This document shows, piece after piece, positions 1 to 13,640 of a stretch of DNA of 64,000 nt. Under the pieces are notes generated by a model. It searched no databases. It was given only the letters and a program-made list of their open reading frames with translations, and had not been told where the DNA came from. Source of the DNA: Octopus vulgaris (lineage: Eukaryota); assembly GCA_951406725.2 (NCBI GenBank), contig OX597817.1, positions 26,536,001-26,600,000 on the forward strand, in the 5' to 3' direction. The stretch's first letter is position 1. Every line of letters starts with the position of its first letter. The position numbers and the translations under genes are program-made.

Positions 1-345
1 GGATATAATGACAAAATGAATAGAATTTCAGAATTTTTATCTTCTTGGAATATTCCCTTTGAAATATTTATAACAGTGTAGATGATCTTTCTGAGTTTTA
101 AGTGCAAGAATTATTGCCCAGGTCTTTCTAAGTCTCTCAATGTCAGCAATTAATGTGACATTCAATTTTGCCAATAGGAGATATTTCAGCAGCCATGAGT
201 AGGAAATAGAATCATATCCCTTCCTATAATCAAGCCATACTGTCAGAAGGCTCCTATGATGTTTTATCCCTTCAGAGAGTACAGCTTTGTTTATCAAAAG
301 TTGTTTGGTACTTCCCCAAACTCCCTTCTTTCCTCCTGCCTACTC
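1..345 (-). mobile_element. R4/Dong-clade non-LTR retrotransposon RT fragment (decayed)
   Basis: Minus strand reads E*AGGKKGVWGSTKQLLINKAVL...WLDYRKGYDSISYSWL and, after a frameshift, GIFQED...LFILSLYP. These match the RT domain motifs QLLI, WIDYKKAFDS and GIFQGD of R4/Dong LINEs. Confidence 0.8.
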
Positions 346-469
346 ATGTATGTATATCATTATTCAGTTTATTTCAAGATTCTTAGCTAATAGAGAAAGA
401 AGCAGTTTCTAACCTAGATCCAAGGCTCCTACATTGGAATTTCAATATCAGCAACAGGGTATTTTTTTT

Positions 470-945
470 TGTATGTATGTATGTATGTATATGTATGTAT
501 GTATGTATGCATGTATGCATGTATGCATGTGTATGTATGTATGTATGTATGTATGTATGTATGCATGTGTGTATGTATGTATGTATGTATGTATGTATGT
601 ATGTATGTATGTATGCATGTGTGTATGTATGTATGTATGTATGTATGTATGCATGTGTGTATACATGTATGTATGTATGTATGTATGTATGTATGCATCT
701 GTATGTATGTATCTATGTATGTATGTATGTATGCATGTGTATGTATGTATGTATCTATGTATGTTTTTATGTATGTATGTATGTATGTATGTATGTATGT
801 ATGCATGCATGCATGTGTATGTATGTATGTATCTATGTATGTTTGTATGTATGTATGTTTGTATGTGTGTATGTATGTATATATGTGTAAGAGAGAGAGA
901 GAAAATGTGTGTATGTGAGAGCCTACATGTGTGTGTGTGTTTCTG
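470..945. repeat. (TATG)n microsatellite with (GA)n/(TG)n flank
   Basis: Direct inspection. Explains the overlapping MYVC/HTYI ORFs. Confidence 0.97.
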
Positions 946-2662
946 TGTTTGTGTCTCTTTGCCTTGACATCACTGGCGAGTGGCAAACAAACATCACTAT
1001 CAGACGGGTGGTGTCATTTCCAGCATTCCATTGAAACATGTGTCACCAAAGATGAAATATCACTTTGCTTGGAAGCAAAAGAGGGTTAGCGACAAGAGGA
1101 GCATCTTGCCATCGGAAAATCTGCAACAAAAAGTTCAATCTGACTCATGCAAGCATAGCAACGCGAACATTAAAACAATGCTTCTGCTGCTAACGATGAT
1201 GGAAGCGTGATCTAAGACATATGTGGCTGCTGTTTCTAGCATAACAAATGACCAGGTAGAAGCTTCCTCCAAAGGATCATTTTTCAATTAGGCATTATGA
1301 TCAATGATTTGGGAAATATGACTGTTACTGATGCTGATTATATGACTTGTGTTCTTTCAGATTACTTCATAATCTGTTTATTCTCTTGACAATGTAAACA
1401 TTTACAGTATTTGATTTCATACACCTGGAGCAATGAGAACTTTTCACACATTTCTCAATTCTATGAATTCCATACAAATTAACAGTCGATGTTTTACTTT
1501 CTAACAATCTTAAAGCCAATAAGAAAAAAATATATATATATATATAAACTGGTGTGAGGGTATTTTGAAAAGATAAGCTTTATATTATTGGAATAAATTT
1601 GATAAATAATATCTTGAATTTACTTTTTGTTATTATTTGATGATATTATTTCACTCTGGAAATGTTAAATTTGCAATCCTATTATTAGAATTAAATTGAA
1701 TTTTAGATTATCCTCAAAGAGATTAGAGATGGGGAGATTTTATATCATGCCTGTTAGGAATTAAATAAATAAATAAACCATCTTACTTCAATAAATTCTG
1801 ATATACAGCAGATAGTTATTCACGTATCAACTCTCAAGACACTTATGTTCTGTCCATGAAAAGAATTGTCTCTTATCTATTTAGTGTATGCTAACCAGAG
1901 AAAGACAAGCCTTAACAACTAGGCATGAGAAGGAATTTTACTATCACCATACAGAAAGATCAACTGACAAGAAGTAAATTGATAATAATTAAAGAAAACA
2001 AAATTTGTTTTGCTTCATTTTCTTCTGCTGCAATGCACCATAAAGAAAGATTTTATTGGGAAATAAAGAATGTTTATTTCCAAGTAAAATTACTGAGAGC
2101 CACAAAATAGAAAACAATTATTGTGCAATTAATCAGTTCCCTTCAGCAAATTTCCTACTGTAAAAATCTATCTAAAAGAAATAAGATATTCTTCAACAGG
2201 TTTACAGAGAGTTGGATTATTACAAGAAATCAACACATGTCAAAAGGCAAAGGAAACAAAATAAAGCTATTTATTCTCTTTTCACAAGAAGCCTGAGATT
2301 ATAAAGAATGCAGTCACTTATCAGAGAATAATTCAGAGATGCCATCTGAATGAAAATACAATAGTTAAGTTAGTGCTAGCAATAGTTAAGTTAAGAGCAT
2401 TAAAAAAGAATAATTATATAGTAAAAAAAAAAACATGTTAGATGCTGATGTTGTTTTAATTACTTCGACAATTACAAGAAATAAATCAGAACATATTTCT
2501 GTTTTATAACATCATCAGCAAAAACATCGTCTTCATCTTACTTGCCAAAGTAATGTTGAAGAATCATGAAGAAAATGTATATTAAACATTAGACCTTTTC
2601 TGATATTGATGTTTTGTCCCTAAAAGATTTTTAATGTTCTTTACATTAAATATGTCAACATT

Positions 2663-3522
2663 AGGTGCAGGAGTGGTTGGGTGGTAAGTAGCCTGCTTAC
2701 CAACCATATAGTTCTGGGTTCAGTACCACTGCATGAAACCTTGAGCAAGTGCCGTCTACTTTAGACTTGGGCCGACCAAAGCCTTGTGAGTGGATTTGGT
2801 AGACGGAAACTGAAAGAAGCCCGTCATATATATGTATATATATATGCGTATGTGTGTTTGTATATCTGTGTTTGTCCCTCTAGCATTGCTTGACAACCGA
2901 TGCTGGTGTGTTTATGTCCCCGTTACTTAACGGTTCGGCAAAAGAGACTGATAGAATAAGTACTGGGCTTACAAAAGAACAAGTCCCGGGGTCGAGTTGC
3001 TCGATTAAAGGCGGTGCTCCAGCATGGCCGCAGTCAAATGACTGAAACAAGTAAAAGAGTAAAGAGAGAGAGAGAGAGACCTTCTCTGATATTGATGTTT
3101 TTTCCCTAAAAGATTTTTAATGTTCTTTACATTAAATATGTCAACATTAGGTGCAGGAGTGGTTGTGTGGTAAGTAGCTTGCTTACCAACCACATAGTTC
3201 CAGGTTCAGTCCAGCTGTGTGACACCTTGGGCAAGTGCCGTCTACTTTAGATTCGGGCCGACCAAAGCCTTGTGAGTGGATTTGGTAGACAGAAACTGAA
3301 AGAAGCCCATCGTATATATGTATATATATGTGTGTATGTGTGTGTATATGTTTATGTGTCTGTGTCTCCCCCCCCCCCCCCCAGCATTGCTTGGCAACAC
3401 ATGTTGGTGTGTTTATATCCCCGTAACTTAGCGGTTCAGCATAAGAGACCGATAGAATAAGTACTAGGCTTACAAAAAATAAGTACTGGCCACAGTCAAA
3501 TGGCTGAAACAAGTAAAAGAGT
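2663..3522 (+). mobile_element. Two tandem copies of SINE family A (tRNA-like head, CORE-like ccttgggcaagt, central TA/TG microsatellite, (AGTAAAAG)-type tail)
   Basis: Copies at 2663-3080 and 3149-3522. Box A-like ggagtggttgtgtggtaag and box B-like ggttcagt(a/c)cc. The same body recurs more than 10 times in the window. Confidence 0.92.
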
Positions 3523-3714
3523 ATTACTTAATTACTGCTTGCTTACTACATAAGGCCATGTGGTTAAGAAGCTGGCCCTTGGTTTTTGGGTTCAGTACCA
3601 TTGTGCAGCATCAAGTGTTTCCTACTATAGCTCTGGGCCAACCAATATCTTGTGAGCAAATTTGGCAGTTAGAAACTATGTGCAAACCCACCATGTATAT
3701 ATTTATGTGTATAT

Positions 3715-3883
3715 AGGTGCAGGTGTGGCTGTGTGGTAAGTAGCTTGCTTACCAACCACATGGTTCTGGGTTCAGTCTCACTGCGGGGCACCTTGGGCAA
3801 GTGTCTTCTACTATAGCTTCAGGCCAACCAAAGCCTTGTGAGTTGATTTGGTAGACGGAAACTGAAAGAAGCCCGTTGTATAC

Positions 3884-3961
<78 letters not shown>

Positions 3962-4180
3962 ATGTATGTATGTATGTGTTTGTGTGTCTGTGTTTGCTCC
4001 CCCCACATCGCTTGACAACCGATGCTGGTGTTTACGTCCCCGTCACTTACCAGTTCGGCAAGAGAGACCGATAGAATAAGTTCTAGGCTCAATTTGTACT
4101 GAGGTCATTTTGCTCGCCTAAAGGTGGTGCCCCAGCATGGCCACAGTCAAATGACTGAAACAAATAAAAGAATAAAAGAA
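3715..4180 (+). mobile_element. SINE family A
   Basis: Full-length match to the other copies. Degraded copies also at about 3555-3700 and 4403-4762. Confidence 0.9.
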
Positions 4181-4186
4181 TATTTA

Positions 4187-4375
4187 TATGAGGTGTACTG
4201 AAAAGTTCCTAGCTTTAGGTAAAAGAAAATACAGGAGGATCAGTTAATAATGATTTTATTCAACATATTCCCCTCTCAGATCCACACACTTATTGTAATG
4301 GTCCTTCAGTTTCTCTAAGCCCTGTAAAAGAACTCGCAAGGTTGGGCCTCCATCAAGTCTATTCACAAGACTATT
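4187..4375 (-). mobile_element. Mariner 3' end remnant
   Basis: Minus strand encodes HYNKCVDLRGEYVE* (mariner C-terminus, RWxKCVxxxGxYVE type), followed by a TIR-like end (tatgaggtgtactgaaaagttcc). Confidence 0.75.
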
Positions 4376-5519
4376 AAAACCAGAAACCTTTCAGCACCCA
4401 CTCACTGTGTGGTAAAAAGCTTGCTTCCCAATCACCTGGTTCTGGTTTCAGTTTCACCGTGCAACACCTTGAGCAAGTGTCTTCTACTATAGCCTTGGAC
4501 CGACCAAAACGGAAAGAAGCCCATCGTGTATATATTGATATATGTGCATGTCTCTCCCACAATTGCTTAACAACCAGTGTTGGTGTGTTTACATCACTGT
4601 AACGTAGCAGTTCAGGAAAAGAAACCAATAGATATAAGTGTCAGGCTTAAACCAAACAATAAGTCCTGGGGATGATTAGTTCCGCTAAAACATCCTTCAA
4701 GGAGGTGCCTCAGCATGGTTGCAGTCAATTAACTAAACCAATTAAAAAAATAAAAGATAAGAGATATATATAAATTTCAGTTTTAATTAAGCAAAAGCTT
4801 TGCTTAATGAGTTCTTGTGACCTGAGCTTAGCAAAGATGAGAACTATAAATTAGATATAGAAAAAGAATAGTTTTGAAATGCACTTTACTTTTAAAATAC
4901 AAGGTGTATGAATGACAAAGATCTTTAATAATGCCCTTGACTTATAAACCCACTCTCATCTTCTATTTCCATCAATCTGATCAGAATATGCTCCCTTGAT
5001 TCCTAAACCCTGTAGCATTATAATGACTGCTTCATTCTCAGAGTGTTTCCAATAAGCAGCTACCCTTAATCCCCTGATAGCCAAATCACTCTCTGTACCA
5101 TAGATACATAGCATACCACTCATAGCAAAGATGCTCCTCTGGTGCTGAGTGCACAATCAGAGCATGTCTACAGCATCATGAATTCGCCCTCAGACTACCA
5201 CTGCTAATTCTCTCCGTTTAGCAGTGTTTAACACTTTATTTGTCTACTGTTGATTGTTATCATTCTTCACTTTTTACTGAACCTTTAAGAATGAATAACT
5301 ATCTCTGCCTATGGAACATTACAATTGCTATAACTAACGCACAGCTGCTGTTATGAAGAACAATAAATCACCTTGGGTCTTTAACTATATCGTTAGTCTA
5401 AAATAGATATTTTTCGACATTTTCCCTTCGCAACACACTGAATAAGGTCCTAAAAGTGTTACTGCGCACACATTTTAAAAATATTTGCATAAAAAATACA
5501 ATTATCAAACCAAGGGAAA

Positions 5520-6015
5520 TCATAATTGTGGCTGTTGTCAGTGTCACCTAACTGGCGCCCTTGCTAGTGGCATGTAAAGGGCACCTTTCAAGCATGGAGG
5601 CAATGTGGCTGATGCTGGTGTTGCATAACTAGCACCCATACCAGTGGCACATAAAAGGCACCTTCCGAGCATTGGAACTTACAGAGGCAATGACAAATGA
5701 CCGAGACCTTTTGGCATTGTGCTGTGCTAGAGAAGAAGACCCAATCAAGCCAGGTGAAATTGTGGTGGTGGCAGATAGTGGTATCATGCAACTGGCATCC
5801 ATGCCAGTGGTATGTAAAAGCATTCATTACACTCTAGGAGTGGTTGGCATTAGGAAGGGCATCCAGTCAAAGAAACCATGCCAAATCAGACTGGAATTTG
5901 GTGCAGCCCCTCAGCTTACCAGCCCTAATCAAACTATGCCAACTTGGACAACAGACGCTAAATGATGATGATGACAATGATGATGGTGGTGGTGGTGGGG
6001 TGATGATGATGGTGA
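5520..6015 (+). mobile_element. RTE-3'-end-derived repeat (family B) with (GAT)n tail
   Basis: Contains gaggcaatgacaaatgaccgagacc (RTE ORF end), gtggcacataaaaggcacc modules, ggagtggttggcattaggaagggcatccag and a taaatgatgatg tail. Related to 29222-30024. Confidence 0.8.
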
Positions 6016-7081
6016 TGAGTGCACACATATGTTGGGACACAGAAGCACTTACATATAAATGCATTGCATTAAAAACTCAGGGGTGTTTTCAAACATCCAA
6101 GAAATTTATGTATTAACACAGATACTCACAGATCACCATGGACCAGATGTAATACATGATTACTATGACACAGGAGTTGAAAAATATCTCACCTAGAACG
6201 AAAAGTAATTCTCTTGACATCCCCACCATAAACATCATGAATATCCCTTATCCACAACTACTACAGAATATCATTGTAATAGCCTCTATATATTCATAAA
6301 ATTAACAATCATGTTCCTTGCTGCTGAAACCAACTAAACAGATCTAAAAATACAGCAAAGTTAGCCAACACTTCATGGAAGATAACATTAATACCAGATA
6401 AGGGCAACCAGCTGTAAAACAGTACTTTACATATAAATATATATGTAAATACAGAAGTCTGCAGTGATTAACAATTACAGAATCTTGAAAACTGGTGAAT
6501 GGAATGGAGGGAGAAAAAGCATAACTCATAGGTAAATACAATAGAAAAAGAAAAAACACCAGTGGAAATAAAGTTAGTCTTATACTGGTCTTCTGGTTTA
6601 GGTGCTTGAACTAAAAGTATGAAGCCTGTTATAGGCAGCCAATGGACAGACAGAGGTATTGAATTATGATATTAAGTCTACCCACGGAGAATAAATACAA
6701 AACTACATTCTGAGAAGTTTACCATAGTTTCTGTCTACCTAATTTCACTCATAAAACTTAGATCCATATGCATCTAAGGCAGTGTATACTGAAGGTGATA
6801 TATAAAGAGCTAATCAAACTGTGTAGTTGGTGTCATGTAGTGAGAAAAATCAAATCTAAAATCCAGTTCACTGTGATGCAAAATTCTTAACTATACATCC
6901 ATACCTGCTTCCATTCTGAATAACTATTTCTAATGAAGCTCCCGATTAAATGGATAATTTTCATGCCCTTTCAAGAAGTATGTGTATTTCAGTGAGAGTT
7001 TTAATATTCTGATAAGAAATGTGAGGAGCATATCCATTTTAATTTTAATTATTCCTCAATTGTTTTATTGAAATTTTTCAG

Positions 7082-7423
7082 TTAATGACAAGAATTTTTA
7101 TTCTTCTGAATTTTCCACAAATTCCATAAGAAAATTGGATCTTTTGTCTATACATGTAAATCGAAATTTTACTTTGGAAATAATAAAAAAATTTTTTTAT
7201 CAAACAAGTGTTTATTTTAAAAACTCCACCTACTAGATATTCAGTTGATGTCAAATTCACTGTTATTAATACCAGTATTAATGACTGCATAAAATCCCCA
7301 CAGCTCTTAAATTGCATATGAGAAATCTGACATAGGATGGGAAAATAATTTATCGACAACAAATGGAACTAAATTTTTCTACTGGGAACATACAAACAGA
7401 ACTGTCTCAAAGATGATATGCTG
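7082..7423 (+). pseudogene. Exon-like fragment of a decayed glycosylated ectodomain gene (propeller-like)
   Basis: Bounded by tttttcAG and GTattt. With two +1 shifts at homopolymers it reads NDKNFYSSEF...NRNFTLE..FFIKQVFILKTPPTRYSVDVKFTVINTSINDCIKSPQLL/IAYEKSDIGWENNLSTTNGTKFFYWEHTNRTVSKMIC, with 5 N-x-S/T sequons. Confidence 0.45.
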
Positions 7424-8889
7424 GTATTTCTATTCCTTTTTATTTATCTTTTTTCTTGTTAAATACATACAATAAAATAATAATAACTCTATTTCTTGTT
7501 ATATTTCTTATAGCGTATATTAATACTGTCAGCTTGGTAGAATCACTTATCTTTCTAATGGAACTAAACAGAAAAGAGTATTGACTTTGAAATTTTATAC
7601 CTTGAATAACAATTCAGCATATTTTTTTCTCAGCTACTAACAACAAACACTCTCTCATTTTCTCTTCTTTTTTTTATTGCTAATACCATAATCCTTTTGC
7701 ACTCAAATATGAAATCAATTTAATAAAAAAAAAATTAATGTTTGATGAGAGTATTTATCATAAAAAAAAAATCTCTTTTGCAGATGTAAATTGCATATAA
7801 ATAAATAGTAAAGTATTATTGTTTCGATGCTTTTTTTTTCCCATTTAATTCTCATTCACATTTTTAAATATAGGAACAGCTGAAAGACAATTTCAAATGC
7901 CTCATTTCCATTGTAATTTTACTCTCTGAATATTGACATTGATCATTTTTTTTTTTTTGTTTGCTTGCTGTTCTGATAAGAAAAGCAGAAAAAAAGACAA
8001 AAGATGCTATATATATATATATATACACACATGCACAAATATTTACAAATAGTCATGTGATATGAATATATAACTTTTATAGTGGTATTATTCTGTCAGT
8101 TCTATTGACTTTGGCAGAAAAAAAGTAAAGCATTATATATTTGTTGAAAAGTGACAGATGTCAATGAAATTGTTATATATACCTATGAAGGATTTTTGGT
8201 TAATTAAATAATAAAAATCAACAAATTTTCTGTTAGTAGGCTTTCATGCCTACTAAATGGAACATTATATAGTACTTAGCCCTCCAAAATTGCTTATATG
8301 TTTTTAGTGCTTTTTTCAAATTCAACAAAAGACAAAACTGCTTTGTAAGAAAACATTTGATGCATATTTTATAGGAAGAAAAGCTGCATTTAAGTATATT
8401 AAATATATGGTTAAATATGTAAGATATCACTTTGTATTGATAAACACTTTATACAAAAAAAATATGTATGGTTATGTGTAACATTTTTAATTTCTACTAT
8501 AGCACAGGTTTTGCCTGGTTAAAGAGTTTGCTTTCCAACTATTTAGCTTTAGTTCAGCCCCATTGAGTGTGAATTTTAGAAAATGACTCTGAATACAGCC
8601 TTGGGTCAACCAGATTTTTGTGAGTTAAATTTGTTAAAGAGAAACTATGGAAACCTGATAGAGGGACTGTTTCAGATGCTATGCTTTGTTTATTTTTGTC
8701 ATAAGTTTAATCCTTCATCTGATTTAAAACATCTAACTGAACCTTGGGTTCCTTTGTTGTGGTCTGCAATGCTGCAAGAATTTGAGCAGGGCCCTAGTCT
8801 AAAGATAATATTTTCCTTTCCCCTTGCAAGTGACAGAGGTGCAGAAAAGTATTGAGCATTGCCCTTCCTTTGAAGACTGAGAGATAATA

Positions 8890-9268
8890 GGAGGCGCAAT
8901 GGCCCAGTGGTTAGGGCAGCGGACTCATGGTCGTAGGATCGCAGTTTCGATTCCCAGACCGGGCGTTGTGAGTGTTTATTGAGCGAAAACACCTAAAGCT
9001 CCACGAAGCTCCGGCAGGGATGGTGGTGATCCCTGCTGTACTCTTTCACCACAACTTTCTCTCACTCTTACTTCCTGTTTCTGTTGTACCTGTATTTCAA
9101 AGAGCCGGCCTTGTCACTCTCTGTGTCACGCTGAATATCCCCGAGAACTATGTTAAGGGTACACGTGTCTGTGGAGTGCTCAGCCACTTACACGTTAATT
9201 GCATGAGCAGGCTGTTCCATTGATCGGATCAACCGGAACCCTCATTGTCATAACCGACGGAGTGCTTC
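8890..9268 (+). mobile_element. SINE family C (tRNA-derived head, no simple-repeat tail)
   Basis: Head ggaggcgcaatggcccagtggttagg...gtttcgattcc. Four near-identical copies in the window. Confidence 0.92.
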
Positions 9269-9592
9269 TTTCAATAGAAATATTAGTTAATCATTATGAT
9301 AATTATTCTACAACTAATTCAACCATCATTGACAAGCTAGTGTTGTGTAGTCTTGCTGCTGTTGAGTATTTTAGATGTACAATGGTATACATTCACACCA
9401 GCTGTTTTGGAATACAGGTTGGCATTAATGTAATGTTCTAGCTATCTAGAATGAACTCGTAGTGATTTAATTCCACCAGATTAGAGCATCGAGTTTTGTT
9501 TGAAACACCCATATTTGGCAACAGGTTCCAGAAGCTGTCTCTTGATTAACCACAACTTATACATGTTAAGATTGTGAAAATCTCTCTCTCTC

Positions 9593-9790
9593 TCAGATGA
9601 GTACTTCTTTCAATCTGTGGCTCCTTTCCTGTGTGCTTGACTCTTAATTAACCAAAATGAGGTGGAAGCTTCAGTGAAGGATTTCTTCACCTGGAAGAAC
9701 AAGAACAGGTATCAGCGGGGGAACAACGAACTAGCAGAAAGGTGGCTTCAGACACGGGGCAACATGATGACCACTACATTGGATGCTAGG
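9593..9790 (+). mobile_element. Mariner transposase C-terminal remnant
   Basis: SDEYFFQSVAPFL...NQNEVEASVKDFFTWKNKNRYQRGNNELAERWLQT resembles mariner SDYHLFRS...FFASK...YxRGIxxLxxRW. Confidence 0.75.
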
Positions 9791-10224
9791 CTGTTTTTGT
9801 TGTAACTTGACAAATGAAGCAAGCAAATTAGTAAAATATTGCAAAACGTTTGACTCAACACAATGTTCAAAATGAACTAACAGAGAAGAAAATTAATACT
9901 TAGAAGTAAATTAATTTAAGCCTTCAGATAAATATTTAATGATATGTAAGCAACCAGACTTTGGAAAAATTGCTGGATGTAAGATGAGGGTTCTGAAAAA
10001 TGTTATAATGTTTGTATTTCAAAAGGGATCTATGGTAAAACAAAACTGAGATAGACAATAGGTTAAAAGGAATAATTTAGTCATAAATGATTGAGACAAA
10101 TTTTGCATGGTGCTTAAATGAAAATGAATAATAATATTGATTGTAAAGAAGGTAACATGGAAGTTAATTACAAGATTTAGGTAGAGTTGCATCAGACTGG
10201 AATTACTTTTAGCAATATACAATA

Positions 10225-10696
10225 CTCTCTCTCTCTTTTACTCTTTTACTTGTTTCAGTCATTTCACTGCAGCCATGCTGGAGCACCGCCTTTAGTTGAG
10301 CAACTCGACCCCGGGACTTATTCTTTGTAAGCCCAGTACTTATTCTATCGGTCTCTTTTGCCAAACAGCTAAGTGACGGGGGACGTCAACACACCAGCAT
10401 CGGTTGTCATGCAATGCTAGGGGGATAAATACAGACACACAAACATACACACACATATATATACATATATACGACGGGCTTCTTTCAGTTTCTGTCTACC
10501 AAATCTACTCACAAGGCTTTGGTCGGCCCGAGGCTATAGTAGAAGACACTTGCCCAAGGTGCCACGCAGTGGGACTGAACCCGGGACCATGTGGTTAGTA
10601 AGCAAGCTCCTTACCACACAGTCCCTCCTACACCTATACCTTACCACACAGCCCCTCCTACGCCTATCCTTACCACACAGCTCCTCCTACGCCTAT
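10225..10696 (-). mobile_element. SINE family A with triplicated 5' head (box A)
   Basis: Full copy. The unit cttaccacacag.ccctcctac.cctat is present three times at about 10610-10696. Confidence 0.92.
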
Positions 10697-10707
10697 AAAA
10701 TACTGGC

Positions 10708-10780
10708 CTCCCCGGCGGGGAATCGAACCCCGGTCTCCCGCGTGATAGGCGAGGATACTTACCACTATACTACAAAAAGA
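10708..10780 (-). tRNA. tRNA-Asp-derived pseudogene (anticodon ATC instead of GTC, decayed 5' acceptor strand)
   Basis: Reverse complement TAGTATAGTGGTAAGTATCCTCGCCTATCACGCGGGAGACCGGGGTTCGATTCCCCGCCGGGGAG matches eukaryotic tRNA-Asp. The 5' strand TCTTTTTG pairs poorly, and TTTT lies 7 nt downstream. Confidence 0.88.
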
Positions 10781-11449
10781 TTGCTGCAAACAAGGTGACA
10801 TGATTAAGAATAATAAAAGAATGAGAAAGCAGGAAGTGAAACAACAATGATTTGAAGAAGTGTTAAAGTAAAATGCTACAACCAAATAGCTGACAACTGC
10901 CCAAATATATATCAGACCAATGAATACAAATGTTTTAATAAAAATGATTATAAAGAAGCAATGGTTATACACACTTATTTTTCATGTGAATCCAATATAT
11001 TTATTTCACTCCTTCAAAATATCTACAGTGGCTATGAAAATAACAAAAGGATATTAAGATTTAAAGTTTGAAAAATATACAAAAAATATCTAAATTTTCA
11101 AGCTAGTTGATATTTAAGAAATGGTGTAAAAAAGCAAAAACGAAAATTTACATTTAACAAAATTGTATACAGTTTTTCTACAATAGATGTAAAATGGAGA
11201 TTTACATTATTGATAATCAAACTGATGAATGATGGCAATTATATAGATTGCTTGAAAATTTCATATCTTTTTGGGATCTTTTACTTGCCATTAATTTTAT
11301 TTGCACTTCTTAATATCAGAGTATCAGAAACATTATTGTGATCATTTTATAGCTAAAGATTTTATTGAAAATATAGTTATACATATAATAAAATCTACAG
11401 ATAATGCCACTTAAATTTTTGGTGCAATGAATTTGAATACAAACACCCA

Positions 11450-11528
11450 TATATATATATACATATACAGTCATATATGTATGTAGATATATATATATAT
11501 ATATATATATACAGTTATATATGTATGT

Positions 11529-11568
<40 letters not shown>

Positions 11569-11626
11569 TCATATATGTATGTAGATATACATATATATAT
11601 ATATATACAGTTATATATGTATGTAG

Positions 11627-11662
<36 letters not shown>
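11450..11662. repeat. (TA)n-based minisatellite (unit ...tatacag(t/c)atatatgtatgtagata...)
   Basis: Four higher-order units visible. Confidence 0.85.
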
Positions 11663-11665
<3 letters not shown>

Positions 11666-12811
11666 TAAATAAATGAAACAAAGTTACATAAATCTTGATT
11701 GGAAATGATCCATAGAACCACACATAGTGATAAAAGAAAACAAATTAAATTGTGGAGATGGTAGAGGTGCTTGCAGATAAAGGAAAGTAAGGAAGACAGA
11801 AAATATCAGTAATGTAATTTGTTTCCAATATCCATGAAAACTGGAAATGAATTGTACTGACTTTGAAAAAACTACACCAGGTTTGTGAAAAGGTTGACCA
11901 CACTAGATGCTGTTGATAAAAACAGCTCAGAAACTTTAGACAGCAAATAAAATTTGTAAATGTGAATAAACTTATACATTGTCAAGAAGACATGAATTCT
12001 AATTCAAGCAGGGCACCTTTCATAAAAAAAAACACAGCTTATCTAAAGTCTTAAATAATACATCATTACTTTGGTAACATGGCATAAAAATTTATTTCCA
12101 AAAGCATTTTTTTAAAAATTAATTCAGACCACTGCTGCTTTCTTCAGAATCTGTTCAGACAGTGGTGCCATGCAATTCAAATATTTGGTAGTTATTTAAC
12201 AGAACTAAAACAGTGCTATGACTAAACTTGCTGATCACATCATTATGTCATTGATTAAAGCCTCTTTTGTAAGTTAGTTTAACTCAGTTTGAATTTCAAA
12301 TTGATAAAACAAATATTTTCTTAAACAAAAATACATGGTAAGAATTTAAATTAAAACTTTAATAAAAATTAAAATTCAATACAAACTGATAGTTTGAAAT
12401 TTGCTTTTTAAATTTCTAAGAATTTGTATTTCAATAACCCTTTATAAAAATTCTCTAATTTAAATTGCTAAAACTCAAATTAGTTCTCTTCGAATTTGAA
12501 ATTTCATAGCAGGAAAAAAAAATTTTAATGATTTTAAATTGAAACAAAACTTTTAGCCTTAATAGACATGTAAATTTAATTCATTAAAAATTTTTACAAA
12601 TAAATTATAGTTCAAACATTCCATGGATGTGAGCACAAGTTATAGAGATGAATGAATGACATGCCTTGTATTGTTGATATTCAGGAACAGTAGCTGGGTA
12701 GCTACTTGTGGGGAAAAAGGAAGAGAAATCTGTTTAGAACATCCATGTCAATATATATAGACTTTTTCTTATTTTAGACTATTGCAGAGCTTTCCAATGC
12801 CCGCCAATAGT

Positions 12812-13200
12812 GGATGGAAGCACTCCGTCGGTTACGACGACGAGGGTTCCGGTTGATCCGATGAACGGATCAGCCTGCTCGTGAAATTAACGTGTAAGTG
12901 GCTGAGCACTCCACAGACATGTGTACCCTTAACGTAGTTCTCGGAGATATTCAGCGTGACACAGAGAGTGACAAGACCGGCCCTTTGAAATACACAGGTA
13001 CAACAGAAACAGGAAGTAAGAGTGAGAGAAAGTTGTGGTGAGAGAGTACAGCAGGGATCACCACCATCCCCTGCCGGAGCCTCATGGAGCTTTAGGTCTT
13101 TTCGCTCAATAAACACTCACAACGCCCGGTCTGGGAATCGAAACCGCGATCCTACGACCGCGAGTCCGCTGCCCTAACCACTGGGCCATTGCGTCTCCAC
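12812..13200 (-). mobile_element. SINE family C with 13-bp TSD
   Basis: TSD gcccgcc(a/c)atagt at 12799-12811 and 13201-13213. Confidence 0.93.
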
Positions 13201-13563
13201 GCCCGCCCATAGTAAGTACTTCATGATGAGAAAAGCTAATATGCAAGGAATCTCAGTGTACTGCAACCCAACATGTTTAAGATGCTTGACTGTTCACAAC
13301 TATAACCCTTTCTAAAGATTTCAGAATAACGACATCTTTCAAGAGGTACAATGACCAAATTATCAGTGGATTATGTTCGAAAGTAACAGCTATCATCTCT
13401 CAAATAATGATTTAAATAACTTAGTTTAATCTGCAATTAAATAGTGAGGAAACAGGATTACAAACAGCATTGATAATCCGACAAATCAACAACAAATCCT
13501 ATTAAGCTCATGCACCCTATATTCTTGTGACAATCCTGATGATTGAAGAATAGTGAGTGTAAC

Positions 13564-13631
<68 letters not shown>

Positions 13632-13640
<9 letters not shown>

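Noticed and set aside
429-986. Long ORFs (up to 185 aa) here and at 46546-47290 and 53648-54628
   Set aside because: They are translations of (TATG)n, (TA)n or (CAT)n microsatellites that lack stops, open in many frames.
8890-8965. SINE heads (families A, C, D, E) as tRNA genes
   Set aside because: They have A and B boxes but no complete cloverleaf, and are always attached to repeat bodies.
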